Assembly: GCF_000143415.4 (NCBI RefSeq)
Contig: NW_003314335.1
Coordinates: 712,113 to 776,112, forward strand
Reading direction: 5' to 3'
Length of the DNA stretch: 64,000 bases
Origin: Selaginella moellendorffii
Lineage: Eukaryota; Plantae; Lycopodiophyta
Positions 23,652-39,297 of this stretch are shown piece by piece. Positions within the stretch are counted from its first letter, which is position 1. Each line of letters starts with the position of its first letter. The notes beneath the pieces were generated by a model that was given only the letters and a program-made list of their open reading frames with translations, was not told where the DNA came from and ran no database searches. Position numbers and translations under genes: made by a program.

Positions 23652-24070
23652 ATGGTTTTCATCAAGAGATCCACGCTCGTCCGGCCAGTGTCACCAGTTC
23701 TCAATGGATCACGGCAGCTTTCGGTNNNNNNNNNNNNNNNNNNNNNNNNNNNNNNNNNNNNNNNNNNNNNNNNNNNNNNNNNNNNNNNNNNNNNNNNNNN
23801 NNNNNNNNNNNNNNNNNNNNNNNNNNNNNNNNNNNNNNNNNNNNNNNNNNNNNNNNNNNNNNNNNNNNNNNNNNNNNNNNNNNNNNNNNNNNNNNNNNNN
23901 NNNNNNNNNNNNNNNNNNNNNNNNNNNNNNNNNNNNNNNNNNNCGATCATGGCGTCATGTTCAGCGAGGCGTCGTGCGATCGCCCACTTCCCAAAGGCGA
24001 CAAGTTTGATCTGGACCCCGAGTTCCTGCTGGAGCTGTCTCAAGCTCCTGGCACGAGAAGGATCTCAAGT
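23652..24070 (+). CDS. BAHD acyltransferase N-terminal part, interrupted by assembly gaps; functional status unknown
   Basis: MVFIKRSTLVRPVSP...LS, then after the gap DHGVMFSEASCDRPL..GDKF..DPEFLLEL, resembling HCT-like transferase N-termini. Confidence 0.55.
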
Positions 24071-24725
24071 GGCCGTGGCCGGCTGATGCTCCACGCCTTT
24101 TCATCCAGGTACATAAGATCTCACAACGTGTATCTAAAGACAATGTTATACTTTCAAGGTGAGCGAGTTTTCGNNNNNNNNNNNNNNNNNNNNNNNNNNN
24201 NNNNNNNNNNNNNNNNNNNNNNNNNNNNNNNNNNNNNNNNNNNNNNNNNNNNNNNNNNNNNNNNNNNNNNNNNNNNNNNNNNNNNNNNNNNNNNNNNNNN
24301 NNNNNNNNNNNNNNNNNNNNNNNNNNNNNNNNNNNNNNNNNNNNNNNNNNNNNNNNNNNNNNNNNNNNNNNNNNNNNNNNNNNNNNNNNNNNNNNNNNNN
24401 NNNNNNNNNNNNNNNNNNNNNNNNNNNNNNNNNNNNNNNNNNNNNNNNNNNNNNNNNNNNNNNNNNNNNNNNNNNNNNNNNNNNNNNNNNNNNNNNNNNN
24501 NNNNNNNNNNNNNNNNNNNNNNNNNNNNNNNNNNNNNNNNNNNNNNNNNNNNNNNNNNNNNNNNNNNNNNNNNNNNNNNNNNNNNNNNNNNNNNNNNNNN
24601 NNNNNNNNNNNNNNNNNNNNCAATATAGATTTCCTTAAACAAAAGTGTATTTGTAAAGGAAAAGTTGTATATAAATAATGGGATTATTAATTTAAGGGCT
24701 AACTATTGCTTTTGAGAGAAGATCT

Positions 24726-25115
24726 ATGGCGCTTGGGTGTGGCGTAGCTATGCTTGGTGATCAGCTGTGGATGAATAAAGGAGTGAAGATGGACCTCACA
24801 TGGGCAGCAAACGAATCGCGCAAAGAGAGAGCCTGGTATTTGCAAGAGGAAGAGCTCCTCTACAAGCTCTTTGGCGAAGTGGAGTCGCGAGTAGCTAATG
24901 ATGACGAGGAAGGCTGGGAGCGCGTTTCTGGGAGTGGAAAGACGAGTTCCATGGACGAGGAGTTCATGCGAGAAGAGGAGGAGCTTTCCTCGCTCTTTGA
25001 GGAAGTGGCCTGGAAGGCAAACCATGAAGTGGGCGATGAAGAAGAAAACTCAACGATCCTAAGAGAGGTGATGGAGTTGCTTGGTCTCACAACCAAAAGG
25101 ATTTCCAAACTGTAA
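24726..25115 (+). CDS. Small acidic hypothetical ORF with an internal repeat; frameshifted mirror copy at ~22830-23170
   Basis: 129-aa ORF with repeat EEELLYKLFGEVE / EEELSSLFEEVA. Confidence 0.3.
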   Translation: MALGCGVAMLGDQLWMNKGVKMDLTWAANESRKERAWYLQEEELLYKLFGEVESRVANDDEEGWERVSGSGKTSSMDEEFMREEEELSSLFEEVAWKANHEVGDEEENSTILREVMELLGLTTKRISKL

Positions 25116-25499
25116 ATCTCATCTAACAGGTATATTGAAATGCTTTCTACAAGTAACTTCCTACACACGACATTTCTCAAGCAAATGCCTCGATAAGACA
25201 CCGTAGAATTGTATTTTTCTCGAGAGTGATTTCCTAGAAACATAATGTGTTCGTAGTGATCTGTTTGTAATCCAGTAAATCCAGCTTAGTCCAAAGAAAA
25301 CTTTCAAGAGCAAATTTCTTTCTCTAGACTCACATGATTATCAACAGTGGCGATTTTGATCGCGTTCCTCAAAGAGAACGCTGAGAACTTACTGGATCAT
25401 CTGGGTTCTCTGTGAATGCAACCAGAAATTCCTGCAGAGAGGAAAGATTTCTCACAAAGGAAATGTACTAAACTTTTACTTTATACCCTCGAAAGATCG

Positions 25500-28030
25500 T
25501 CTCGGATCGCTGGAGGCAAAGCGCGTGAGTGTTTGTCCATCCTTCTACCAATCACAGTGACAGTTCTTCAGCAGCGCTTCAAAGTCCCGGTGTCTTTGTC
25601 ACGGTCTCGGCGCTCAAGGCGTGCAGCAGCACCGGCCGGGACCTCGAGGCCACGAAGCTCATTCACGCCGCTTCCATCCGAGATGGCAGCCACACAGACG
25701 TCTTCATGGCCAGCACCGCCATCAGCTTGTACTCGCGATGAGGCTCGCCTCGTCTTCGATTCCATTCTTGACTGCTGCTACGCCTCATGCTCGGCTACAC
25801 GGACAGGGAGAGCTCGCCCTCGACCTCTTCTCGAGGCCGCGACGCTGGTGCAAGCTTTGAGAGCGGCCACAAAGGTTCCCGGGTCAAGTGGCAGGCTGTA
25901 GTCGGACTCCATCTTCGAGCAACCTATACTCGGGCCCGAGAACAAGTTGGTGGTGAAGTTCAGGAGCCTCGCATGGGGCATGGAAATCCACTCCTGAGCT
26001 GTGACTTCCAGCTGTGAGTTCCTTGGCTTCGTCATGAACAGCTACACTGACCATCCGAGCACTGCCACACTTAGCTGTTCATGAAGAAGCCAAGGAACTC
26101 ACAGCTAAGTGTGGCAGTGCTCGGATGGTCTTCGACAAGATGGCGGGGCGGACTGTGGTGTCGTGGAACTCGTTGATTCTCGCTACGCAGAGAGAGGCGA
26201 GGAAGAGCTCGCTCTGGAACATTTCTGGTCCATGGAAGCTCAGGGCGTCTCCCCGGATGATAGAAGCTTCATGGCCGTTCTCAAAGCGTGTACCAAGGAC
26301 ACCGGCCAGGAGATCCACGACAGGCTCGTCAAAGTGTGGCTGCGGCATGGCCTTGCACTTGAAAGCTACTCGAAGTGGCTTCGACGGTAACTTGTTCGTT
26401 GCCAGCTCCCTTGGTCGACAGGTACTCCGAGTGTGACAGCATGCTCATACTTTTGGCCAGCCCTCACGCTCGGCTACGTTGAAAACGGTGACGAGAGGCT
26501 GCCTCTGGAAGTCTTCGACCACTTGCAAGATCAGGAGGCCTACTCCATCGCCAACTCCCTCACCTTCGTGGCTGCTCAAGGCCTGCATTGAACCGGATCT
26601 AGAACTCGGATGGAAGGCTTGTAAAGCTAGAATCGCTGTCCAGGGGCAAACGCATCCACGCACAAGCTGTAAGCTGCCGCTGCGACTCGGATACCATGGT
26701 GGCCAGCACGCTGGTGGACATGTACGCCAGGTGCAGTACCCTGGTCGATGCCAGGAGGGTCTTCGACTGCATGCCTTGTAGAACACTGATGTCGTTAAAC
26801 GTCCTGTTGCTCGGCTACGCAGAGAATAACGAGGTCGTGCTCGGCCTCGACTTGTTCTCTCAGCTGATGGCTGGCAGTGACGCACCGGATGCTCGATCTT
26901 TTGTCACACCTCTCAAGGCCTGCGCTCTCGTCGTGGTAAAAGAGGATGGGCATAAAGTCGATGGCAAGCTTGTTAAAGTGAAGGCGATGGAAGCAGGAAT
27001 GGCAACTCCCAGGCCAGATTTGACACGGACGTGTTCGTAGCCAGCACGCTCGTAGACATGTATGCCAAGTGTGGAAGCTTGCTGGACTCGCAGGGCCTTC
27101 GACAAAATCCCAGCTCAAGCCCTTCTCTGGACGTCGCTTATCCTCGGCTACTCAGAGGATGACGAGCCCCAGCTGACACTGGAGCTCTTCTCGCAAATGC
27201 GGCACTTCCAGATCCTCCCAAACGCCCAGACTTTCATGGGCGTGCACAAAGTTGGCGGTGTTAGAACAAAGTAGTGAAGTCGAGATCAATGCTGGAAAGG
27301 TGGCAGTGGTGAAGTTGAAAGCTCTAGAGATTCGCCATGACATCCATGCTCATGCCTCTAGAGCTGTAAGTGAATTGTCATTTTCAACCTCACCATTGAT
27401 AAGTACTCCACAGTGGCTCCATGGACGGTGAGTGTTTGACACCATGGTTTCTCGCCATGGTTTCCTGGACAGCCCTGATGCTTGGCTACACCGAGAACTC
27501 CCAGCCGCAGCTCGTCTCTCAAGCTGCTACCCAACGAACGGTTCCCAAATGCTCGAGCGTACGTGCCAGTTGGGAGTTTCAAATGCCAGATGGGCAATTT
27601 AAAAATAAACACTAGACTGCTCTCAAATCCTAGCTCCGCGCTGGATGTGGAGCTTGGCCAAAAGATCCACAGCGAGCTCTCCAGATTCGGCCTTGAAAGC
27701 GATCCAGTGGCGACAATTCTCCCGTCAATCTCTCCGGAAAGGCTGGAAGAATTCTCAATTGTTTGACATGGTTCCTTCTTCCAGCAGCATCATCACTTGG
27801 AATACTGGTCACCGGCTATGGCAGGCAAAGGGATGTGAAACGCGTCTTGGATCTCTACCACTAGCGATGGTCCAAATCCCCATGATTTGTGTTCTTGGCG
27901 CTTGCAGCCACGGCAGCGGCAAAATATTTCCAGGCGATGCTGGATTCGTCAGTGATCCCGTCCATCGAGCACTACCACTGCATGATCGATCTCCTTGGGC
28001 GCTGCATTGGAGATGATCGCATCGATGCCC
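25500..28030 (+). pseudogene. Degenerate PLS-type PPR gene(s) (right arm of the inverted repeat and its extension)
   Basis: MVASTLVDMYARC..LVDARRVFD, LWTSLILGYSE, EHYHCMIDLLGR; many frameshifts. Confidence 0.85.
26010..26130. repeat. Interlocked short inverted repeats from a templated inverted insertion
   Basis: 26049-26078 is the perfect reverse complement of 26101-26130 (30 bp); 26010-26044 pairs with 26072-26106 at 34/35. Confidence 0.92.
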
Positions 28031-28050
28031 TTCCGGCCGAGCGCAATTAC

Positions 28051-28751
28051 CTAGCCTGCTTGGCTCGCTCGCAATCGCCACAGCGCTCTCGCGTTGTCAC
28101 TGATGTTCTTCCGGTACTTCCGCTTGGATTCCTGCGCGAAGAAGTTCACTATCCTGTTGTCAAAGTCCTCGCCACCCAAGTGCGTGGCCTTCACCTCGAA
28201 CACCCCCTGGTCGATCGTGAAGATCGAAACATCGGAAGTTCCACCGCCCAAGTCGAAGATCAAGATGTTCTTCTCGCCGGTGCTCGACGCCTTCTTGTCC
28301 AGGCCATAGGCGATGGCCGGTGAGCTCGTTGATGATCATCAGCACATTCAAACCCGCAATGGCTCCAGCGTCCTTCATTGAAGTAGGCCGGGACCGTCAG
28401 CTTGATGCATCCTTGACGCTCTTGCCCATCTCCTTCATCTTGGTGAGAACCATGGAGGAGATCTCCTCGGCTGAGAATTGCTTCTGCTCGTTCTTGTAAG
28501 TCACCACGCTCATGGGCTTGTCGCTCGGCCCCGCGATCACCTTGAAGGGCCACAGGGAACGGATGGATCGCTGAATTTCCTGCCGATGAGCCGAAGACGG
28601 TGTTGGAGGGATTGAGCGCGACCTGGTTCTTGACGGCATCGCTGATGAGCCGCTCCGTGTCCGTGAAGCTGGTTGCCCTGTGATCTCCACTTGATCGCTG
28701 CCAAACCCCGACGCTCGACGTCGTGCCTAGATCGATCCCGACTGCTGACAT
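28051..28751 (-). pseudogene. HSP70: Cytosolic HSP70 ATPase-domain pseudogene
   Basis: [63 protein letters not shown]; many small deletions. Confidence 0.92.
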
Positions 28752-28881
28752 TGCGCGCTGTGATCTTCGCGCTAAATCGGGTGCTCTAGCTAAGAATTAC
28801 TTTCTTCCCACCGATGGATCGAATAAATTCCTAACATATCCTACGTGATTAAATTCAAATTTTCTAATTAAGTATTCATTG

Positions 28882-28925
28882 TCGGCTCTCACCGAAAGAC
28901 CCGGGTTCAATTCCCGGCAACGGAA
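28882..28925 (+). pseudogene. Truncated tRNA-Glu(CTC) remnant
   Basis: TCGGCTCTCACCGAAAGACCCGGGTTCAATTCCCGGCAACGGAA; the D-arm and 5' acceptor strand are absent. Confidence 0.7.
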
Positions 28926-29127
28926 TTTACAGGCTATCATAGTCATAAAAGGTCGACTCGTTTCTGATAAAGTCCTAATTGTTACTTGAAAGGCCAGTTT
29001 TGGCAATTGTATCGATCTATTTTGTTTAACATTGACAGGACTGCGTGTAGAGAAGGATTACTTTGCTCGTCAATATCTATCAATGTATTCTGGGAAATTC
29101 GTTGGATCTTCTTCATGAAGCAAATCA

Positions 29128-29152
29128 TGCGGTGAGCGTGGATCGAACACGC

Positions 29153-29195
<43 letters not shown>

Positions 29196-29200
29196 CCCGC
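29128..29200 (-). tRNA. trnF-GAA: tRNA-Phe(GAA)
   Basis: Reverse complement GCGGGGATAGCTCAGTTGGGAGAGCGTCAGACTGAAGATCTGAAGGTCGCGTGTTCGATCCACGCTCACCGCA is the canonical 73-nt plant cytosolic tRNA-Phe. Confidence 0.97.
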
Positions 29201-29308
29201 TTAATCTAAATTATTTAAGATATCTTTAATGAAAACTTACCTTTAAACTAATGGCCTAAACCCTAAGCCCTAAGGACAGGGACTTCCACTGAATGATTCC
29301 AGGAAGTG

Positions 29309-30414
29309 ATGGAAGCAGCGGCGGCGGGAGGACGCGCGCTGGTAGTTCTTCCTTCCCGATCTCCATTCCAGGAATCTAGATTTGCATTCCCTGCTCGATG
29401 CGCTCCAATTCCAATCGCGCAGCGGCATTTCTTTCCTCCTCCGCGGAGCTGGGATTCCCAATGCCGTCGCCCTCTGCTTAGGTTTTCCTGCTGCCTCAGA
29501 GAAGCACAAGGCGATCCCGCGACGAGGAGGAAGCGCCTGGCTGTTTTCGTGTCCGGCAGCGGATCAAACTTTCGGAGCATTCACAAGGCGACGATCGATG
29601 GCACTGTTCTTGGGGATGTGGTGATCGTTGTCTCGGACAAGCCAGGTTAGTTCTTGGTTTTTTCCATGGCTAGAATCCATAGCAATCCAGCTAGAGTTTT
29701 TTCATTCTTTTGTCCTGGATTTAGAATGCAAGGCTTGCGAGTACGCTCGAGAGCACGGGATTTCGGTGGCGTACTATCCGAGAACAAAGTTCGCTCCAGA
29801 TGGAGTCTCTCCAAACGAGCTCGTGGAAATTCTCAGGTTGGCTTTATGCTTTTCTTTTGCTAAAAGAGTTTACGTGTGATCGATCTTTCGCAGGCATCAA
29901 AGAGTGGATTTCGTGCTGCTGGCTGGCTACTTAAAGTTGATACCAAAAGAGCTCGTGGAAGCGTTTCCTCGAGCGATCCTCAACATCCACCCCGCGCTCC
30001 TCCCGGCATTTGGAGGCAAAGGTTTCTATGGAATCAAAGTCCACGAGGCTGTCATCGCTTCCGGCGCTCGGTAACTTCCACCTTTCATCGTTCTCTTGCT
30101 CTAAATTCTTGCAACTTTTAACAGTGTCTCGGGCCCAACGATCCATTTCGTGGATGAGAAGTATGATCACGGGAGTATTCTTGCGCAGCGAACAGTTCCT
30201 GTTCTAGAGACGGACACGCCGCAAGACTTGGCAGCCAGAGTGCTGGAACAAGTACGTGGTTTGATTGTTCTTTAGTTACGATTGGTTTTTGGATGGGATT
30301 TGCTACCGACAGGAGCACGCACTGTATGTGGAAGCTGTGGCTGCTCTCTGCGAAGAAAGGATTGAATGGAGTGGCGATGGAGTCCCTCGCATGCGCGAAA
30401 AGGAGCTAGCTTAA
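29309..30414 (+). CDS. PUR3: Phosphoribosylglycinamide formyltransferase (GAR transformylase) with organellar transit peptide
   Basis: LAVFVSGSGSNF, LAGYLKLIP, ILNIHPALLPAFGGKG, GPTIHFVDEKYDHG, EHALYVE; 5 exons, TAA at 30412-30414. Confidence 0.93.
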
Positions 30415-30487
30415 CTGTGAGGTATTTCGATCTTTCTATATACCATTTTCCAGAGAAAACATATAATTTACAGGCAAATCATCTCAC

Positions 30488-31748
30488 TCATGGGTTTTGT
30501 CCCTGTTCCTCATCCCGGATTCTTTGTTCTGGAGTAGAATTTCGTGCTCGTAACAACGCCAACGCCAAAGACAATGCAATGCCCAGAAGACCAGCCATTG
30601 TTATCGAAAGCAATGCCTCGATATGTAGCTGCAAAAACAAAACATAAATTTCATAAAGATGGTTAAGGACTCCACCATTTGGTAGAATAAGTGTGCGAGC
30701 GATATCACAAGCCCAATTTGAGTTGCCGAAAGAAGCCATATAAACTTTTGTTCCACTGGAAAATAATTAAAATATAAGAAAATTGAGGAAAAAAAAAAGG
30801 ACCAAATTACCAAATACAGTCCCTGTAATGGACGTGGTAATTCCAAATAATAGTCCAAAAGGCAGTGCCAAGATCAGTGCCTGATTACCGTTCTGCTTGA
30901 TCTGCATATAAAACTTCATGAGTTGAATCAAAATCTTCTCATGTACCAGCATTTGTTCCAGGAAGCAGAAGTAAGTCACGCTAGCGATTATGCTAATCCA
31001 GAGCCTGCAGCGTAAGAAGTCAAGCAAGCAAACCAAAAAAAAAATTTTTACATCACCTCCACTCAAGCATGCTAAAGCTAAGCCCTTGATGATCAAGTTG
31101 CTGGTTTAAACTTTGAGTAGCGTTTTCGAGCCGGAGTGTGACCGGAAGGTTGACAACTTCCTGGCCGCAAACATCACACTGTCGATTCCCTCGAATGCCA
31201 AACCACTTGAGAGCGCAATCTTGATGGGCCAGTGCCAGGCCGCCTTTGCAGGAACACTCGAGCCTGAGAGTGGAGCTTGTCTCTTGGGTGAGATCACAGA
31301 GGCAAATTCTACAAGATAGATCCTCCTCCGAGGATAGCTCGTCGTGATCATCTCCTAGATTTACACACGTGTTCTCAGTTCTCATGAGCATTTGGAGAAA
31401 CATCAAGATTGCGATGTTTTACCTTGCTTTGGACGAGGAGTCACAGGTTTTACCAAATAAGTTCCGGAATACAGCCTTGTTAACTCCTTCTTCGTGTGTT
31501 CTTCCATTGGGCCGGAGATAGAACGCTGCACAACTTTCTTCTCATGCTGAAAGATCTAGCACCAACTTGTAGGTGAAGAACAAAGGAAGGAAAATTAGAA
31601 AGACCTTCGATCCAAGTGAGACCGATTGAGAGTTGTATTTCTTACTCCAGCTGGGAGTTCTTGGAAGCATTCTCTTGGGATCATTGTCTGGTGGTGGTAC
31701 CTCAAGCCTCAACCTTGGCCGAATTCGTGTTGTGTCCTTGGCATCCAT
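30488..31748 (-). CDS. RING-CH (RINGv/MARCH-type) E3 ubiquitin ligase with TM segments
   Basis: CRICL...LECSCKGGLALAHQDCALKWFGIRGNRQCDVCGQEVVNLPVTL followed by hydrophobic exons. Confidence 0.85.
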
Positions 31749-32344
31749 CTAATAACAACAACATGATCACAAAAAAACCGAAGACAAGGGAGAGACCATA
31801 CCTCAACTTGTGGAGATTGATCCTCAGCTCACCCGTTAACTCGATCCAGCGTTGGCAGCCGTCGGATTAAGTCAGGTTCTCTGCGAGCTGACAACTGCCA
31901 AGTTGTGGAGAACCAGGCTACCAGCTGCCAGGTTGTGGAGAACCAGCTGCCAGTTCTGGAGAACCCTTTCATCCTCAAATAACTTTATTCCATGTGTCCG
32001 TCAACGGTCTCGCCACAGTCCGTTAAGGCCGTTCCTCGGGCACGGGCTCGCTCGAATGCGCTCGCCGTACACGGGAACTCCATCACGATCGTGGTGCCAG
32101 GTGCCCAGCACGTACTGTTCCACGTGATAAAAACATTCTCGGCTATTATTCCCCACTATTAATGATTCTGTCAGCACCAATGCTGACGCATGTTTGTTTA
32201 CCTTAAACAATATTATTCTATTTATTGTGGATCGAGAGAATTCCATTTAAAACCATTACTGAGCTCAATCGGGGAGAGTGTCAGATTGAAGATCTGAATG
32301 GAGTTCTGCATGTAGAAAAAGTTATACACTGCAACAATTTTTTT

Positions 32345-32590
32345 TCTTAGGGAATGTGACTGACGCAAACTTTTACACTGGGTGTATCGCTCCGTGGGTT
32401 CCACTTGAAATACATTTAACACTGCAAAGAGTGACAAAAGTTTTACCCATTTTGTACTCGTCAAGCATTTGCCCAGTGATGAGTCCTCATAGCCCACGCC
32501 AAAGCTATAAACGTCACTTGCAGCATGGTGAGCTGCTGGCATAAGAAGTACTTTGGATCAAGATACTTGTAGATGTTTCCAGAGATAGAA
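32345..32590 (-). pseudogene. Degenerate copy of kinase exons of the neighbouring LRR-RLK
   Basis: YLDP.YF...ASDVYSFGV...VTGQ plus the adjacent intron match 33985-34190. Confidence 0.7.
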
Positions 32591-32749
32591 CTCGAACTCC
32601 CCAGCCGGGCTCAGCTTAGCTTTATGTCATCTTGTAAGTGTTTCATTCTCGCCTTGGACCAGCTTCATCTAAGCCTCCAAACGAGTGAGAAACCTGTCTT
32701 CCTTGTTTTGTTTCCCTGCAAGCATTTTTCTCCTCGGATTTTGGCACTG

Positions 32750-32881
32750 TCTTCATAATGGACTCTAGCCATGGAGAAACCAAGAAGAATAAACCTGACT
32801 TGTGATAGACACGAAAAACTGGGCACTTCCTTCTCGACGCGGGATCATGAGAAAATGGTGTTCGATCCACGTTCACCGCAA
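32750..32881. pseudogene. Remnant of an inverted PurN 5' region plus the 3' end of tRNA-Phe
   Basis: Reverse complement of pieces of 29513-29680, followed by GTGTTCGATCCACGTTCACCGCA (tRNA-Phe T-arm and acceptor). Confidence 0.7.
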
Positions 32882-33624
32882 TCTCATCTGTCCTAGTGCC
32901 ATGCAAAGAAGTCAAAGTCTTGACTGGGTAATTGCAATACAATATACATGACAGGCTTGTGATAGACAAGTTTCCATTTCATTATCAAGCAAAATAGTAA
33001 TAAATGCACGGATGCCAGATCCACGTAATTTATGAGACATGGTAACTGGAAGAACACAGCCCAGGCCACAGAAGGCAATGGAGAAAGTACCACGTTGTTG
33101 TTGAGAAATACTTCATTGAGAAACATGGTTCGGTGAAGGTGGAGAGACTTGCCCAGTGGTTCTGTTATGGCCATGACTGGTGATTTAGCTTTAGGTGAGT
33201 ATTTTCTTTTGAATTTTTCTAAGCTCAAGCAAGTTTATCTGTGTAGAGATTGATACTGGCGGAAATGTGTTCCAAAGAGCAAAACGAAGAACAAAAATTT
33301 TCAGGGTTCTTTGAAACCAACTTTATATTGTCAAACAGGCTTTCCCAGGAGGATGATGCCCACACTGGTTTGGTCACTTGCTTGGTCACGACCGTTGGTT
33401 CGTACCTCTGCGGGGTACAGTTTCCTGACTGTGTTTATGATGAGAAGGTTGACAATGGCCAAGTTTGAAATTGGTTTTCCAGCATCTAGAACCCAGAAAG
33501 TTGTGAAAGCGGGACAGGAGCACTTGCAAAGAAGATCCAAATGGAGCATGGCATGCTGTGGTGTACAAAGATTCGTCCATGTATATATGAAAAGGAATGA
33601 AAGATGAACGTTCTTGTGGAAATG

Positions 33625-36951
<3,327 letters not shown>

Positions 36952-37089
36952 ATTCAAGGCGCTTAGAGAGCTATGGACCGAGACCCGAAAGGGCTTTCCA
37001 ATTCGAAAATCGGGTAAAACAAAAATGCTTGACCAAGCAAGTCAAACTTATACTATTATCTCTTACTCACGTGTTTACACGAAGCCGCC

Positions 37090-38330
37090 GGAGAAAAAGA
37101 CCTAGGATCACTACCAAACTTCTCCTTTGCCTCGGCGGGCCCGTAATCGACGTGGAAAATTTGTGGCCACTGCAACAATCGCGAGCCTCCAACACAGAGG
37201 CGAAAAGACAAGAAACTCTTACCTGTGGCCATGGATTCCCCAGTGCACGAGTTGCAGGAGGCTGAGGAAGTAGCTCCAGATTTACAACGCTCGTGCAGCC
37301 GTGGCGGACCACAGTACCGATGCAATCTGTGCCTGTATGGCCTCCTCCTATCACCACCACTTTCTTGTCTTTGGCAGATATGTAGTTGTTGTCCTTGAGC
37401 CAAATCCAGCAAACTCTTGGTATTCGTGTGAAGGAACTCCATGGCAAAACGTATGCCATCATATTCTCGGCCTTCTACTTTAAGGTCCCTGAAGAAAAAC
37501 AAATAAAAAGATGGTTAGATCTGAAACAAGTGGAGAAAAGCAAGACTTGCAAGTAGTAAGCTATCATAGTCGGACATTAACCTCTCCACCGAGAATAACT
37601 TGTCAACTCCGACATTCGCATTAACAATGAACTCGATCCCTGCGGCAGCCATCAGGTTCACTCGCTGGTGAACGACCTCCACTTTGTCGGTCTTCATGTT
37701 TGGCACACCGTACATCATGAGGCCTCCAATTCTATCCACTCTCTCAAACACTGTCACAGAGTGGCCGGCCTTACTGAGCTGATCAGCGGCCGCTAGGCGT
37801 GCCATACCGCTACCTACAATCACCACTCTCTTCCTGCAAAGAGACAACGACGTGAGAAACCAACGACGTGAGTAAACCTTGTCTCTACATACCCGGTCCG
37901 ATAAGCTGGTGGACAATCCAGCCTTCCTCAAAAGCTTTGTCGATGATGGTACACTCTATCGTCTTAATGGACATCGGGTTCTCTATAATTCCCAGAACAC
38001 AAGCACCCTCGCAAGGAGCAAGGCACACACGTCTTATGAACTCTGGAAAGTTGTTGGTTTCCAGGAGCCTATCCAAGGCTTCCCGCCAACGACCTTGGTG
38101 AACAAGCTCGTTCCATTCCGGAATCTTGTTTCCAATGTCATCCCGCAGGTCAACAGAGATGAATAAATAACATAGCTGAACTGGACATACCTGGTTGCAG
38201 TTCTAATGGAGTGCCGCGCGGACTGGGTTTTAAGGAGGTTATCGCAAGGACCTCGTTCCAATGGGCCGGGCGATATGGAAGTGTTTCTCGTTCATACGAG
38301 ATAAATCCCGATGTTTCACTGCGTCCGGAA
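37090..38330 (-). pseudogene. GLT1: NADH-dependent glutamate synthase (beta-subunit-like region) pseudogene fragment
   Basis: [74 protein letters not shown]; frameshifted, introns retained. Confidence 0.9.
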
Positions 38331-38529
38331 TTCTTGTTGGCCGCGCTTGGGCCTGAGTCTGACCACAAAGCGAACACGTCAGAGTTGCAGGCCAGATAAT
38401 CATTCAATTCTACCGCGACTACTGCAGCCGCTCCTCCGTCAGCCATTTTCTTCGAGAGCTGTTTTGTAGTCGCAGGGGAAAACTTTCACGAATTCGTAAT
38501 TGGCCTGCAGATGCATATGTTTGTTATGG

Positions 38530-39297
38530 TAAATGGTTGGATAACATATAGAAAGATCGAAATACCTCCCAGTTAAGCTGGTTATTTTCCACACATGCGA
38601 GGGACTCCATCGCCACTCCATTCAATCCTTTCTTCGCAGAGAGCAGCCACAGCTTTCACATACAGTGCGTGCTCCTGTCGGTAGCAAATCCCATTCAAAA
38701 ACCAATCGAAACTAAAGAACAATCAAACCACGTACTTGTTCCAACACTCTGGCTGCCAAGTCTTCCGTCTCTAGAACAGGAACTTCTTGCTGCGCGAGAA
38801 TGCTCCCATTCTCACAAAATGGATCGTTGCGCTTGAGACACTGTTACAAAGTTGTTGCAAGCAATTAGAGCTCGTGCGGTGAAAGATAGAATTTACCGAG
38901 AGCCGACAGCCTCGTGGACTTTGATTCCGTAGAAACCTTTGCCTCCAAAAGCCGAGAGAAGCATCAGGTGAATGTTGAGGATCGCTCGAGGAAACGCTTC
39001 CACGAGTTCTTTTGGTATCAACTTAAAGTAGCCGGCCAGCAGACGAAATCCACTCCTTGATGCCTCAGATAATGTTAAATCTTCTAGGGAAAGAAAAGCA
39101 TGAAACCAGCCGCAGAACTGTCCTGCATTCTAAATCCAGGACAAAAGAATGAAACTCTAGCTGGATTGCTATGGATTCTAGCCATGGAGAAAAACTAACC
39201 TGGCTTGTCCGAGACAACGGTCACCATCGGTCGTCGCTCTGTGGATGCTCCGAAAGTTTGATCCGCCGGTGGACACGAAAACAGCCAGGCGCTTCCT
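38530..39297 (-). pseudogene. PUR3: PurN/GAR transformylase pseudogene, inverted copy of 29530-30490
   Basis: Exons, introns and 3' UTR align with the intact gene but carry many short deletions. Confidence 0.9.

Larger units (their letters stand above)
20975..27115. repeat. Large imperfect inverted repeat: arms ~20975-23235 and ~24655-27115, with a gapped spacer
   Basis: 22837-23000 is nearly the exact reverse complement of 24935-25100, and homology continues outward through the PPR remnants. Confidence 0.88.

Noticed and set aside
23570-24642. Long ORFs containing X runs
   Set aside because: Artefacts of N gaps in the assembly.
31895-31965. Three short repeats of GTT.TGGAGAACC upstream of the RING gene
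   Set aside because: Ordinary local slippage duplication; no evidence of function.
32890-33620. Possible decayed gene fragment between the tRNA remnant and the RLK
   Set aside because: No convincing motif recognised.
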